DNA of 64,000 bases from a virus (Duplodnaviria > Caudoviricetes): positions 1,820-65,819 of IMG/VR virus record IMGVR_UViG_3300037467_001075, one strand, 5' to 3'. Both the position numbers and the translations under genes were made by a program. Each line of letters opens with the position of its first letter. Position 1 is the stretch's first letter. The notes beneath the pieces are model-generated. The model searched no databases, was not told the DNA's origin, and saw nothing but the letters and a program-made list of their open reading frames with translations. Shown one piece after another: positions 17,021-27,114 of this stretch.

Positions 17021-19692
17021 TACTTCGTTCCTACAATCGAGGCATAGATCGTGCCGACCATGCCATTCAAGTTAGCGGGTGCAACAAGTTGAGCACTTTG
17101 TCCACCCGGGATCGTTGTGTCAGCAGCCTTGATAAAGGTCGCGTTGACCGAGCCTGCAGCAAAGCGCATGGTTCCGATTGATGTTCCCGGCGGTGACTGA
17201 ATGTCGAAGTCAGTCTGAGCTGACGGCGCTGCAGACCCTGTGCCGCCAATGCTGCCTTGACAGTCAGCTGCACCCGCAGGTAGTTTCCAACTGATACCCG
17301 TCGGCGTATCGAAATAGGCAAACGGAGTCGAGACGGTGATGTTGGCGATGTCACGCTGGAAAGCGAACCCAAACTTCACAGTTGCGGCAGCAGCCGAAGT
17401 GATACTCACGCCGGTGCTTGCCGTTGCGTCACCAATCGTATTATTGGCTACGATGAAGTAGGTATAAGGCTGACCAGCTGCGGCGGTCGAGTCCGTATAG
17501 CTGTTGCCCGTCGTCGTTCCGATCTGCGTCGCAGAACCGAAGGATGCACCGAGACCGTTTGCACGGTAGACCTTGTAAAGCTTGATATTGTCTTGAGTAA
17601 CGTTCAGTGGCCAAGTGACAAGGTTATAGCCTGTCACCGCTGAAGCGCTCGGCGTTCCTGTCGCAGTCGGCACACCGCCAGGACCGGTACCGTAACCCAA
17701 GCCCGAAGGAGTATAGGTATAGGCCGTGCAGGTCGATAGGTCCTCTACAGCTCCACCAAAGATATTGTAACTCTGGAACTTGAAGTAGAGCGTCTTGTTG
17801 ATGTATTGAGGCGGCAAGACATACTTGAAGATCGCATTATCCAGTCGAGCAAAGCTGGAACCGATAGCATGAAGTGGCGCAGTCGTCCCATACAGCGCAC
17901 GGTAGAGTGCCGTCTGCAGCGTATAGTGTGAGGTCGAAGTGAAGAGTGCATCCTGATAGGAGATGAGCTCGCCGCCGATGTAGCTGAGAGTTGCATAGGT
18001 CGCAGCGTCACCCGCTGCAACGCTGATCAGCTCACCCAAGCTCATTGATAGATCGACACCGACAGTGTGCCCCGTGTCGGGATTGACGCCGGCATATGCA
18101 GCGAGTGCACTCGTCGTCTTACCCATGCGAGCCGGTTCGGTAATCTCACCAATCTCAGCGTAAGTTGCACCGTCCTGCGAAACCCAAACGAAGCATCCTC
18201 CCCAATTCGGGTTTGCTGTCGTTCCGTCACCGCCTGACACGGCAGCCCAAACCTCAGCATCCGAGGTGAGCAACGAAGTCGGCTCAATGAAGATCGGCGG
18301 ATTGACCGGGCCTGAAGCGACGCCCGTATCATTCCCTGTGGGAGTCTGATCGGGAACACCGAACCCGCTCGAGTCTGTGGATCCGACAAGAACCTGACTT
18401 GCTTCCATAGCGAAGTTGTTCTGATCGTCTTCCTCGATGCGATCCACTTGGACATCGATGATGCCGAGCACCGGATCGATAATAGTTAAGACGTCCATCG
18501 GCTCTACGAGTGAGAACGCCGGTCCCACAGTGAACTTGTAGGTGTTCCCGCCTCGATAGGCATTGCGCTGACCCATGAGAGCGACCATGCTTGTCGCCAT
18601 GGCCATGTCGCAAACTTCATGAGCATTGAAGACTGCATCCTGACGCGAGCCGAACTGATCGACCAATGCCTGATCGACCCATTCCACAGGGACTGCATTG
18701 TATTCCTTGGCTCGGTTCAGTATCTCCATCTGCAGACGGTTCTTGCGATCCGTCGGGTTGATGCGAGTAATGATGATGGGATCGACGCCTTCACCGTCTT
18801 CACCGCCGCCGCTGATATAGTCCGCATCGGTCAGCGTGTAGATCGGAGCACTGACCGTATTAGGCGGAATGTAGGTGACCCCATTGCCCGTGATCGTTTC
18901 GAGGGCGTAAGGAACGAACTTGAGCAAGGCACCGTTCCAGATAACCGCGGTGTTGCAGATCTTGCCCCACCTGTCTAGAACGTCGATTGCCTGCTCCTGC
19001 GTTGTCAGCGCTGGGGACAGGCCGAAGCCCATCGCCTGGCAATATGTCTGGAACGCGCTGTCGCCGGTCGTAGGCGCATCCGGTCCTGACAACAGGGAAG
19101 TCATATCGATCAACGTGCTGGGGAAGCCTGCGCCGCCGATAGGCAACGTCAGCAGGTCCTCGACGCATAGTGCCGGGTCAGCGTCACCGGCGCCGCCTAC
19201 TTGCGTATTGTAGCGCAGGCACTTTGTCTCGAATGAGTGCTGTGGCAAGGACGCCGAATTGCCCAGGTCATAATTGGCTTTGTCCACGTGGACCGTGCCA
19301 GGATAAGACAACGCAGCCTCGGGGTGATTGGCTACTAGATATGCCCATGGGGACTGAGGATCGGATCCGTCGAAGAACGTCAAGCCGAGTGACGCAAGGG
19401 TGGCATTCTTCTCATTGTCTCGGAAGACCTTGATAATCCCGGCTGACGGTCCCTGACAGATCGCCATCTGAAGTGATGCGGAATAGGTGTATTGAGCACC
19501 GCCCTTACCGCCGCCGCCTTTGCCGGCAGCCTTCTGCTTGTGCGCCTTGAAGTCACCATACCACATCAAGTTAGGTGCAAGACGGGTTAAGCCCCAGCAC
19601 AGCGGCAGGGGCAGATTGTTTGAGCTCGACTGAACCTGCAGCGAAGAATACTGCGGCTTGCTCTTCATTCGTGAACCAAAGAACAGACTCAC
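17020..19692 (-). CDS. Tail tip / host-specificity (gpJ or GTA megatron-like) protein with FN3-like domain
   Basis: 890 aa following NlpC/P60; LPL.WG..RL..NL.WY, GEL..Y, LYFKFQSYN. Confidence 0.85.
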   Translation of the reverse strand: MSLFFGSRMKSKPQYSSLQVQSSSNNLPLPLCWGLTRLAPNLMWYGDFKAHKQKAAGKGGGGKGGAQYTYSASLQMAICQGPSAGIIKVFRDNEKNATLASLGLTFFDGSDPQSPWAYLVANHPEAALSYPGTVHVDKANYDLGNSASLPQHSFETKCLRYNTQVGGAGDADPALCVEDLLTLPIGGAGFPSTLIDMTSLLSGPDAPTTGDSAFQTYCQAMGFGLSPALTTQEQAIDVLDRWGKICNTAVIWNGALLKFVPYALETITGNGVTYIPPNTVSAPIYTLTDADYISGGGEDGEGVDPIIITRINPTDRKNRLQMEILNRAKEYNAVPVEWVDQALVDQFGSRQDAVFNAHEVCDMAMATSMVALMGQRNAYRGGNTYKFTVGPAFSLVEPMDVLTIIDPVLGIIDVQVDRIEEDDQNNFAMEASQVLVGSTDSSGFGVPDQTPTGNDTGVASGPVNPPIFIEPTSLLTSDAEVWAAVSGGDGTTANPNWGGCFVWVSQDGATYAEIGEITEPARMGKTTSALAAYAGVNPDTGHTVGVDLSMSLGELISVAAGDAATYATLSYIGGELISYQDALFTSTSHYTLQTALYRALYGTTAPLHAIGSSFARLDNAIFKYVLPPQYINKTLYFKFQSYNIFGGAVEDLSTCTAYTYTPSGLGYGTGPGGVPTATGTPSASAVTGYNLVTWPLNVTQDNIKLYKVYRANGLGASFGSATQIGTTTGNSYTDSTAAAGQPYTYFIVANNTIGDATASTGVSITSAAAATVKFGFAFQRDIANITVSTPFAYFDTPTGISWKLPAGAADCQGSIGGTGSAAPSAQTDFDIQSPPGTSIGTMRFAAGSVNATFIKAADTTIPGGQSAQLVAPANLNGMVGTIYASIVGTK

Positions 19693-20156
19693 GGCAGTAA
19701 ACTCCTATGCGCGTAGCAGCGAAGCGGACGATCCTCTAGCATCGATCCCTTGGCAGACTGTTCCACCACGCATCCGTCATGGACATTAGCATGGAGGACG
19801 TTAGGCCAGTCAGTGACAAGAGCAGAATGACTGAAGGTTCGACCGAGTCTAATAACCACGACAGATGCTGGCGGTGCAATCCAACCGTCGCGCTTGGCGA
19901 AGGGCGCGTCGTTCCATTCCTCATCGATGCGGACAAGATACCTCTCCATGAAGCTGAGGTATCGTTCCTCAGAGCGATGTAGATGCCAATCCGGTGTATA
20001 GAAACCGGGATCGAAGTCTTCGTTCACGCCACTCTCAACGAAGGCGGCGATGATGACCTGAGCGCAGTCGACTCCGTGACCCTTGACCCGCGCCATATGG
20101 TGATAAGGCGTGAACAGCCAAGAGCGGCCTGCAGCGATGACGGCTTCAGCACTCAC
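19689..20156 (-). CDS. NlpC/P60 tail peptidase
   Basis: W..TPYHH.ARVKG.GVDC and SHSA motifs. Confidence 0.9.
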   Translation of the reverse strand: MSAEAVIAAGRSWLFTPYHHMARVKGHGVDCAQVIIAAFVESGVNEDFDPGFYTPDWHLHRSEERYLSFMERYLVRIDEEWNDAPFAKRDGWIAPPASVVVIRLGRTFSHSALVTDWPNVLHANVHDGCVVEQSAKGSMLEDRPLRCYAHRSLLP

Positions 20157-21055
20157 AGAGAAGTCTCCTCTGTGGGAACAAATGGATAGCCGCGGAAGTT
20201 CTCCGTATTACCGAGAGCCGTGCATCGGGTGAAGCTGCGATCACATCCTTCATAGACAGCGAAGTCCTGCCCCGTGCTAGGCGTGACCTCGAGCGGATAC
20301 GCAAGCAGGAGGCTGACACCGGGAACAACCTCGCGGATCGTGCGGACGAGTGTAACGCCTGACACAGTTTCGATGTAGAGTGTGCCGAGCGCCATGACTG
20401 CCGTTGCACCTGCCCACAGGATCTTGTTGTTGGTCGATCCTGCGCCGACGTTGCCGAGTGTCTGGAAGTCTGCACGATTGAGCTTGCATCCCAAGTCGTA
20501 GATTGCATTGCGGCAGGACGGCTGGAAAAGAGTCGTCGGCACATTGATGTTGAGCAGCCCAAGGCTCGAGCGAGTCTTGAACTTCGCATAGGAACGACCA
20601 ACTTCATCGAGGTCAGCGATCTGTCCCGAATACATGCGAGTGCCGCCTGCCCAATCAGTCGGTGTGTTGCCTTGACCCCAAGTCTGAGCGAAGTAGCGAT
20701 CACGCGTCAAGGATCCGCCGTCGAAGCGTCCCCACAGCAGAGCGTTGGGAAGCGTCAGTCCTTGGAAGCGTTGATCGGGAGTGAAGTCGATCTGACACTC
20801 TTGCTCATCGACATCGACGCCAGCTTGACTGACAGTCTTGACTCCGCTGACCTTGATGCCTTTCGATGACCAGGTTTGCTTGACGCCTCCGCCAATTGGA
20901 GTAACGATGACGTCTTTTTGAGACGAGCAGCAACGGATCTTGTCGCCGTTCGGTGCAGTGATCGTGAAGCAATCCGTAAAGACGAATTGGCGGGAAGCGA
21001 TGATCGCCTTCACCTCCGCTTCGGTATGCCCGGGCTCTGGCTGAACAGTCCTCAC
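20153..21055 (-). CDS. DUF2163 / BR0599-family tail hub protein
   Basis: GRFDG, FQPSC...YD..C, GCD....C...N..NFRG.PF.P. Confidence 0.9.
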   Translation of the reverse strand: MRTVQPEPGHTEAEVKAIIASRQFVFTDCFTITAPNGDKIRCCSSQKDVIVTPIGGGVKQTWSSKGIKVSGVKTVSQAGVDVDEQECQIDFTPDQRFQGLTLPNALLWGRFDGGSLTRDRYFAQTWGQGNTPTDWAGGTRMYSGQIADLDEVGRSYAKFKTRSSLGLLNINVPTTLFQPSCRNAIYDLGCKLNRADFQTLGNVGAGSTNNKILWAGATAVMALGTLYIETVSGVTLVRTIREVVPGVSLLLAYPLEVTPSTGQDFAVYEGCDRSFTRCTALGNTENFRGYPFVPTEETSL

Positions 21056-22185
21056 TGAATGACACTCCGAAAGTTAAGTTCCTGTAGCTCCCAGAGCTTA
21101 TCCATGAACTTGTTGAACTCGATTTGGTCGTCCTTGAACCGACAGACGAAGTAGTATTGGAAACTCGCTGTTGCGATTGCCCCATCCGCCGGGGCCGTGT
21201 CGAACGCAATCACGTTCGGCGCAGTGTAGGTGTAATCGGCGGGGTCGACCAAGTACTGATAGTGAAAGACGACTGTCGCTCCCTGCTGTGCAGCGTTGAA
21301 CGTATAGACGAGTCCGGCGACGCTATACTGCATCGCACCCGGCGCACCGACAACCTTGACGAGTGGCGTTCCACCAATCGTGAGCACGGGCTCCACAGTC
21401 GGAGTGTGCGGGAGCGTGATTGTATAGGGCCCGGGCATCGCGGGCACGTTATGATTTTCGTCGGTCTCCAACCAAATGTCGAGCGGCTGAGTATCATTCA
21501 GCTGTCCGACGGGCTCATAGAAACCTCCCATGCCTCGCACAAGATTGAAGTCGGGCGTGACACCATCGAACGTCTTCTGGAAGCCTGCAGTGACGATGTG
21601 GTCGTCAGGATCCTCGAACAGCCATGCTTTGAAGCGACCATTCATCTGCAGGAAGAAGCCCATGATCTGATGAAGATCCGTCTCTCCGACCGAGACCGGT
21701 CGATCAGGCAGATAATCATAGGTGAGCGTATAATCCCACTTCGGGTTTTCCCAATAGGATGTCGCTGTCTCTTCGCCGCTAGTATGCTCGACGATCTTGT
21801 TGCTGAAGCCCGGACGCTTCTGCACATCGAAGGCAAGACCTTTCAGCACGGCAGTGTCGCCCGTCGCGGGATCGATGCCGGGGAATACGTCGGTCGCCAT
21901 TACTTCCTCCAGGACTTCCATGAGTTCCTCGACGACACAAACACGCGTCCGCATGTTCGGGTAGCCGGATGGGTTGATTGATGCACCCGACAGGTCTTCC
22001 TGCCAGAGTTGTCGAGCCCGCATGTTGGGATAGTTACCAACAGCGGCTTCATCCCACAGTTGACGAGCCCGCATCGGCGCTGCATTGAGCGCGACTGCCT
22101 CAAGCGCGATGATCCGCGCACGAAGGTTGGCGGTATAGCCTCCGACGGCTGTGGTTGTGAGAAGGCGGACATGGATAGCTGCCAC
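21052..22185 (-). CDS. DUF2460-family distal tail protein with N-terminal repeat extension (second start at 21900)
   Basis: SG.E, FF....G....WLF.DP.D, YYF.CRF..D; internal GGAGGA RBS before ATG 21900. Confidence 0.85.
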   Translation of the reverse strand: MAAIHVRLLTTTAVGGYTANLRARIIALEAVALNAAPMRARQLWDEAAVGNYPNMRARQLWQEDLSGASINPSGYPNMRTRVCVVEELMEVLEEVMATDVFPGIDPATGDTAVLKGLAFDVQKRPGFSNKIVEHTSGEETATSYWENPKWDYTLTYDYLPDRPVSVGETDLHQIMGFFLQMNGRFKAWLFEDPDDHIVTAGFQKTFDGVTPDFNLVRGMGGFYEPVGQLNDTQPLDIWLETDENHNVPAMPGPYTITLPHTPTVEPVLTIGGTPLVKVVGAPGAMQYSVAGLVYTFNAAQQGATVVFHYQYLVDPADYTYTAPNVIAFDTAPADGAIATASFQYYFVCRFKDDQIEFNKFMDKLWELQELNFRSVIQ

Positions 22186-22189
22186 GACA

Positions 22190-23278
22190 TTAACCCGCTA
22201 GAACCTTCTGCCCGGCCTGAATAGCGTTCAGCTCGGCGGCGGTCCAGCCTACGCCGGTGTTCGGGTTGAGCTCCCAAACATCACGGTAGTAGTGATAGGT
22301 CTGTGCAAGGAAGTGGTCTGCTCCTTCGTATTCGGTTGCATGGGTCTTCATCACCAGATGAGACTTGAGCTGAGTGGAGTCGTCCTGACGATGTGCGCCG
22401 GTGAGCTGCACGGCGAGAATGTTCTGCGCCGTGACGTTCGGATCCATCGCATACAGGTCATAGTGACCCATGACGGAGTCGTAGACATACTCGACCTCGG
22501 TGAGCTCAGGCTCATTGACGGCATCCCAGTTGGCCGCCGCGCCGAAGACGCTCATCTGAGTGACATCGCCGACGCCTACGGTCTTCTGCAGATTGACGCG
22601 AACGTTGCCCAGATAGTCGGTATTGTTCAGACCCGTGTCATCGCTGATGTAGCGATCATCCCAGCGAAGTTGGTTCGTGTCGTCGTTGAAGCTGAGTGAG
22701 CCGCTCCACCAAATGGAGTCCCATCCGTATGCTTCACCTAACACAGGTGCAGTCGTGTTGCCCGTAGGTCCGACATAAGAAATGACGGTCACCTTGTTGA
22801 CCCGAACTTCCACAAGGCCGGAGCCGGGATATGCAATCTTGAACTTGACCTCGATGTAGTTCCATTCGTCGGCATGCCAAGACTTCGCCGCTGAGGTTGC
22901 GACGAGCACAGCGCCGGCACCAGCATTCTGGCGATAAACCCGAATAACCCCGAGTGTCTCGAATTGAAGGTAGAACTGAGTTCCAGCTCCACCTTCTGCA
23001 TCGTTGATCCCGAACTGGAAACCTGATCCACCGCCGGAAGGCCAGAAGATCGCTTGACCGATGATCGTCGTCTGAGTAGTCCAACGCTTACCAATTGCTT
23101 CCTGTGCGGTTTGGTTGAAGACCGATCCAGTGAAGCCCATTGCAAGGCCTTTACCGAAACGACCTGTGAAGGTCTGCAAGCCTGACGCGCCGTTATACCA
23201 TCCGTCTGCCTCGGCCTGAACCTGCACACTGCCGGCACTCGGATAGTAGTCCCAACCGTCAATCCGATAAACAGCCAT
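22190..23278 (-). CDS. Minor tail lectin-like protein
   Basis: DGWDYY, WNYIEVK, WELNPNT..WT; follows tape measure. Confidence 0.7.
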   Translation of the reverse strand: MAVYRIDGWDYYPSAGSVQVQAEADGWYNGASGLQTFTGRFGKGLAMGFTGSVFNQTAQEAIGKRWTTQTTIIGQAIFWPSGGGSGFQFGINDAEGGAGTQFYLQFETLGVIRVYRQNAGAGAVLVATSAAKSWHADEWNYIEVKFKIAYPGSGLVEVRVNKVTVISYVGPTGNTTAPVLGEAYGWDSIWWSGSLSFNDDTNQLRWDDRYISDDTGLNNTDYLGNVRVNLQKTVGVGDVTQMSVFGAAANWDAVNEPELTEVEYVYDSVMGHYDLYAMDPNVTAQNILAVQLTGAHRQDDSTQLKSHLVMKTHATEYEGADHFLAQTYHYYRDVWELNPNTGVGWTAAELNAIQAGQKVLAG

Positions 23279-26200
23279 TACTTGCTTCCTCCAGATGCGC
23301 CGCCGACAAAGGCGCCGTCACGCTGTTGCTTCTTCAACCAACGCAGCAGACGACCACCGTCGCGTCGAAGCAGTTGGTCCATATTCATTTCACGAGGCGC
23401 CGATCCGTACTGTGGACCATAGTGAAGATGAGTGTCACCACCATTGTTAGTCGTGCGGGACGACGCGCCGGCCGCAGCTGCAGAACCAAAGATGCCACCC
23501 GATGATGGGCCTGAACGCATCTGCTGACGCAGCGGCTCAGCGGCCCAAGCTGGCAACACCATTTCCTTCTTGTGCAACATGGAGAGCTGGCCGTCGAACG
23601 GAACCTCAGCCTGACCGCCACGTGCTGACACCAACGCAGCGAACCCAAGCACTGCCGCGAGGGCGGCTGCAGCAGCGACAGGCGCAGCGACGGGACCGAT
23701 GAACGGGATAACGACGGTTGACGAGAACGCGCCGGCTGCCGACGTTGCAGCGCGAGTGCCGATTTCCGCGACAGCGCCTGCTGCACCCACAGTACCACGA
23801 GTGGCCTCACCCGTTACCTTCGCGCCAGTCTGCACCGCTTCGGATGTGACCGATGCTCCAGTCTTTGCTGCCTGCTGGGCTACGTGAATTCCAACGGCAG
23901 CAGCGCCAATTCCTTCACGACTTGCGGTGCCCGCTGCAGTGATACCCGTCCGTGCAGACTCTCCCGCAGCAACTGCTGCAGTCTCCTGTGCTTGCTGGAT
24001 GTGAACAAGCCCAAGTCGGACGGCTTGCTTCGTCAGCCAGTCGACAAGCACCTTCTCACCCATGTCCGCGAACTTGTAGACGATTTGATCGCCGAGATTG
24101 ATGAGGCCTTGCCAGACCGTCATCGACCGTGTCCATAGTCCTTGGAAGGTGTTGTTCAGCGACTGACCCACAGTCTGGAACATGCCTCGCCATGTGTCCA
24201 TCGAGAGCTGAGCAGTCTGAATGTTTAGCGCTTGAGTCTGTGTTGCAGCCTGAGCCTGGATGCCGCGCATCTTCGCTTGATGCTCAGCTTCCATCACCTC
24301 GAGCTGATTGAGCAACTGCCGGCGAGCATCAGCGGTCAGGTTGTCAAGTGCGAGTTGATCCTCGACCGCTTGCTTCTTCAGGCCATAGATCGTATCCTCG
24401 AAGCGCATCTGATCCGTCGTCTCTTCGGCGAGGATCCGCTTCTTCTCTTGAAGTGCCTTGTGGTCACTGACAAGACCGTTCGTTGCTGCGAAGTCGGCAA
24501 GCTGACTCTGCTGCTGAATGGCCTGGTTCTGAACCTCGTTCTCGGCGTTCGCTCCTTGCGTTGCGATGTCGAGCTTCTTCTGGATCGTTTCCTGTGCGAT
24601 CTTGACTTGTTCTTGCCCGATCCGGTACTCCAGGTCAAGTGTTTTCTTGTGCTCTTCCTGAGCCTGCTTCGACTGAGCGCCGTAGAATGCGGCGGTCTTG
24701 GCTTCAATCTCGTCCTGGATCTGCAGCTGAGCGTAGAGGTCGTCCTTATACAGCTCCTTCTTCGCCTCGAGTGTTTCGACCTCACCCTCAAGTGCCTCGC
24801 GTTGGCGCTTATGCTCAGCACTCTCGACTGCCTTGTCGTCGGCGATCAACTCATTGGCTAACTTCGATCCAGCCGGCTTACCGACAATGGACTGAGGAGC
24901 CTCGATGTGAACGTGATCCTTGTGTTGGTTCACATTCGGTGGAATATCGTAGGACGGTCCACCACCGAATGGCTGATAGACTTTCCCGTTCCACAGGATC
25001 CTGAAGCCGCGAGCCTGATAGGCAGCGACCATCTTGTCCATCTGTAGCTTCGCCGATGCGTTCGCGGCCTCAGTTCCTGCACCGGGAATGTTGACATCGA
25101 TAGCGAACTCGGCATGAGCTGTATTGCCCATACCCGGATGGTTACCGTGAATACCGCCAAATTGGTTGTTCTCGCCTACCGAGTAGCCTGCCTTCTGCAG
25201 TTCACGACCGGCGACACCAATCGCCTGAGTCCGACTGTGGAATGTCGCCTTTTCTTCCTCACGCGCAGCAGACGCTGCATCGCGGCGAGCTTGAGCCTCT
25301 TGCTCCTTGACACGGTTGTAGCGCTCATTCTCCTGACGGCGCAGCAGTGCAGCACGGTCGAAGTCGGCAAGCGTCTGCTGACTATTGCGATAGGCGTCGG
25401 TGATCGCTTGCAGTCGCTTCTGGTGTTCCTTCTCCGAAGGTTCCTCATCAGCGGTCTTCTTGAGCAATGCAGTCCGAGACTCGGTAAGTGCATCGGTCGA
25501 CGTCTTCAGCAGAACCTGCTCGCGACTAAGCTCACGCTGCGCCAGAACAAGACGACCATACTGAACGCCGAGCATAGCGAGCTGTGCAGCTTGAGGCGCA
25601 AGATTGTAGACCGTGTTCTTACCGGCCCGCATATCGTCATATTCTTGCTGAAGCTGATTTACCTTCGCCTGCGCCTGAGCAACTTGGGCAGTTGCCTGAG
25701 CCTGCGTCGTTGCGTTCAGGTTGTTGGTGTTCTCGAGGTTCTGCAGATCCTCGTTGTTCGACTGACGCTGCTGCTCGACATAATCCTCGAGTGCCTTGGT
25801 CAGGTCCTTGACCGTTGCAGTGCGACGAGACTCGGCATCGTTCAGATCGAGCGTCTTCTTCTTGCCGTCGTCAAGACTTTCCCACAGGTAGCCGAGGACC
25901 ATCGTGAACCCGATGATCGCCGCACCCCAGGGGCCTGCGAAGAAGGCAGCGACACGACCGACGGTACCGCCCATGGTCGACATCGCCGCAGCGGTCTGAC
26001 CTCCCTGCTGTGCAAGGATCACGAGCGGATTGATACCGGATGCCCAAGACGCGACCACGTCTTGCATCTGATAACCGATCTGGACGTTCAGGTTATTCAT
26101 CCGCCCCATCGTGCGGACGTTGACATCCATCTGTGCCTTGGCCTGCTTCAAGACCGCAGTGTATTCAGCCTGACTAAGCTTCTCCGCGTCGAGTAGCTTC

Positions 26201-27114
26201 TTCGCCGTCTGCACAGTTTGATTATAGCGCATCTGCGCAGCGTAGGCGGGATCAATCGATGCGCGAAGCTGTTGTGCTGCCTGCGCTTCCGCGGCGGCGG
26301 CCTTTGCGGCGTCAGCTTCAGCCTTCGCAGCTTCACGAGCAGCGGCAGCAGCCATCCGCTCGGCTTGAGCCTTCTCTTGAGCCGCAGTCTTCGCAGCCTG
26401 AGCTGCATCACGCGCAGCCTGCTTCTGCTGCTGACGAATTGCCTTCTCTTGTGCGGCAGCTTCCTGCATCGCTGCACGTTCGTCGGCTGCCTGCTGACGC
26501 TTCGCTGCGGTTATGGCAGCGGCGGCCTCCTTTGCTGCGGCCTTCTCCTGCGCAGCGGCCTCACGCTCTGCGGCTGCCTTGGCCTGCGCTTGGGCCTTAG
26601 CCTCCTGTGCAGCTTGACGGATTGCCGCACGTTCCTCAGCACGGGCCGCTGCTTGAGCTGCTGCAGCTTCCTTCGCTGCTGCACGTTCAGCGGCAGCCTT
26701 TTCCATCGCTGCTGCACGAACTGCCGCCGCAGCTGCACGAGCATCTGCCGCTTCTTGTGCCTTACGAGCACGAGCTTCTGAGGCAGCTGCACGACCGGCA
26801 GCACTGTTCCGCATAAGCGCAGCGGACTCTTCGTCGAGCAGTTGCTTTGCAGCGCGGATGGTCGCATTGTATTCCTTGCGATCCATTTCTCCCGCTTTGA
26901 GCAGAAGCTTGGCATCCTGCAGCAACTTGTTGTAGCGTTCCTGTGCAGCGAAGGTCGGATCGATTGCCGCCTTGATCCGCTTGAACGCCTGCTCGAGTTG
27001 TTTGGCCTCGTCCGTGACCGAACTGACAGCCGCCTTCGACCGGCGACTGCCAGACTCAACACCGGACGGGTTCATCCCGATGTTGATATTAAGATCGTTG
27101 TTTTCGTCAGCCAT
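23278..27114 (-). CDS. Tape measure protein
   Basis: 1278 aa Ala-rich helical; lambda-type QIGYQMQD...QQGGQ; C-terminal LHKKEMVLP. Confidence 0.95.
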   Translation of the reverse strand: MADENNDLNINIGMNPSGVESGSRRSKAAVSSVTDEAKQLEQAFKRIKAAIDPTFAAQERYNKLLQDAKLLLKAGEMDRKEYNATIRAAKQLLDEESAALMRNSAAGRAAASEARARKAQEAADARAAAAAVRAAAMEKAAAERAAAKEAAAAQAAARAEERAAIRQAAQEAKAQAQAKAAAEREAAAQEKAAAKEAAAAITAAKRQQAADERAAMQEAAAQEKAIRQQQKQAARDAAQAAKTAAQEKAQAERMAAAAAREAAKAEADAAKAAAAEAQAAQQLRASIDPAYAAQMRYNQTVQTAKKLLDAEKLSQAEYTAVLKQAKAQMDVNVRTMGRMNNLNVQIGYQMQDVVASWASGINPLVILAQQGGQTAAAMSTMGGTVGRVAAFFAGPWGAAIIGFTMVLGYLWESLDDGKKKTLDLNDAESRRTATVKDLTKALEDYVEQQRQSNNEDLQNLENTNNLNATTQAQATAQVAQAQAKVNQLQQEYDDMRAGKNTVYNLAPQAAQLAMLGVQYGRLVLAQRELSREQVLLKTSTDALTESRTALLKKTADEEPSEKEHQKRLQAITDAYRNSQQTLADFDRAALLRRQENERYNRVKEQEAQARRDAASAAREEEKATFHSRTQAIGVAGRELQKAGYSVGENNQFGGIHGNHPGMGNTAHAEFAIDVNIPGAGTEAANASAKLQMDKMVAAYQARGFRILWNGKVYQPFGGGPSYDIPPNVNQHKDHVHIEAPQSIVGKPAGSKLANELIADDKAVESAEHKRQREALEGEVETLEAKKELYKDDLYAQLQIQDEIEAKTAAFYGAQSKQAQEEHKKTLDLEYRIGQEQVKIAQETIQKKLDIATQGANAENEVQNQAIQQQSQLADFAATNGLVSDHKALQEKKRILAEETTDQMRFEDTIYGLKKQAVEDQLALDNLTADARRQLLNQLEVMEAEHQAKMRGIQAQAATQTQALNIQTAQLSMDTWRGMFQTVGQSLNNTFQGLWTRSMTVWQGLINLGDQIVYKFADMGEKVLVDWLTKQAVRLGLVHIQQAQETAAVAAGESARTGITAAGTASREGIGAAAVGIHVAQQAAKTGASVTSEAVQTGAKVTGEATRGTVGAAGAVAEIGTRAATSAAGAFSSTVVIPFIGPVAAPVAAAAALAAVLGFAALVSARGGQAEVPFDGQLSMLHKKEMVLPAWAAEPLRQQMRSGPSSGGIFGSAAAAGASSRTTNNGGDTHLHYGPQYGSAPREMNMDQLLRRDGGRLLRWLKKQQRDGAFVGGASGGSK

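Noticed and set aside
14073-23278. Diversity-generating retroelement acting on fibre genes
   Set aside because: No reverse transcriptase and no near-identical TR/VR nucleotide repeat noticed; fibre paralogues are similar only at protein level
26200-26800. GCN-rich tandem-like repeats
   Set aside because: Explained by Ala/Glu/Lys helical repeats of the tape measure protein
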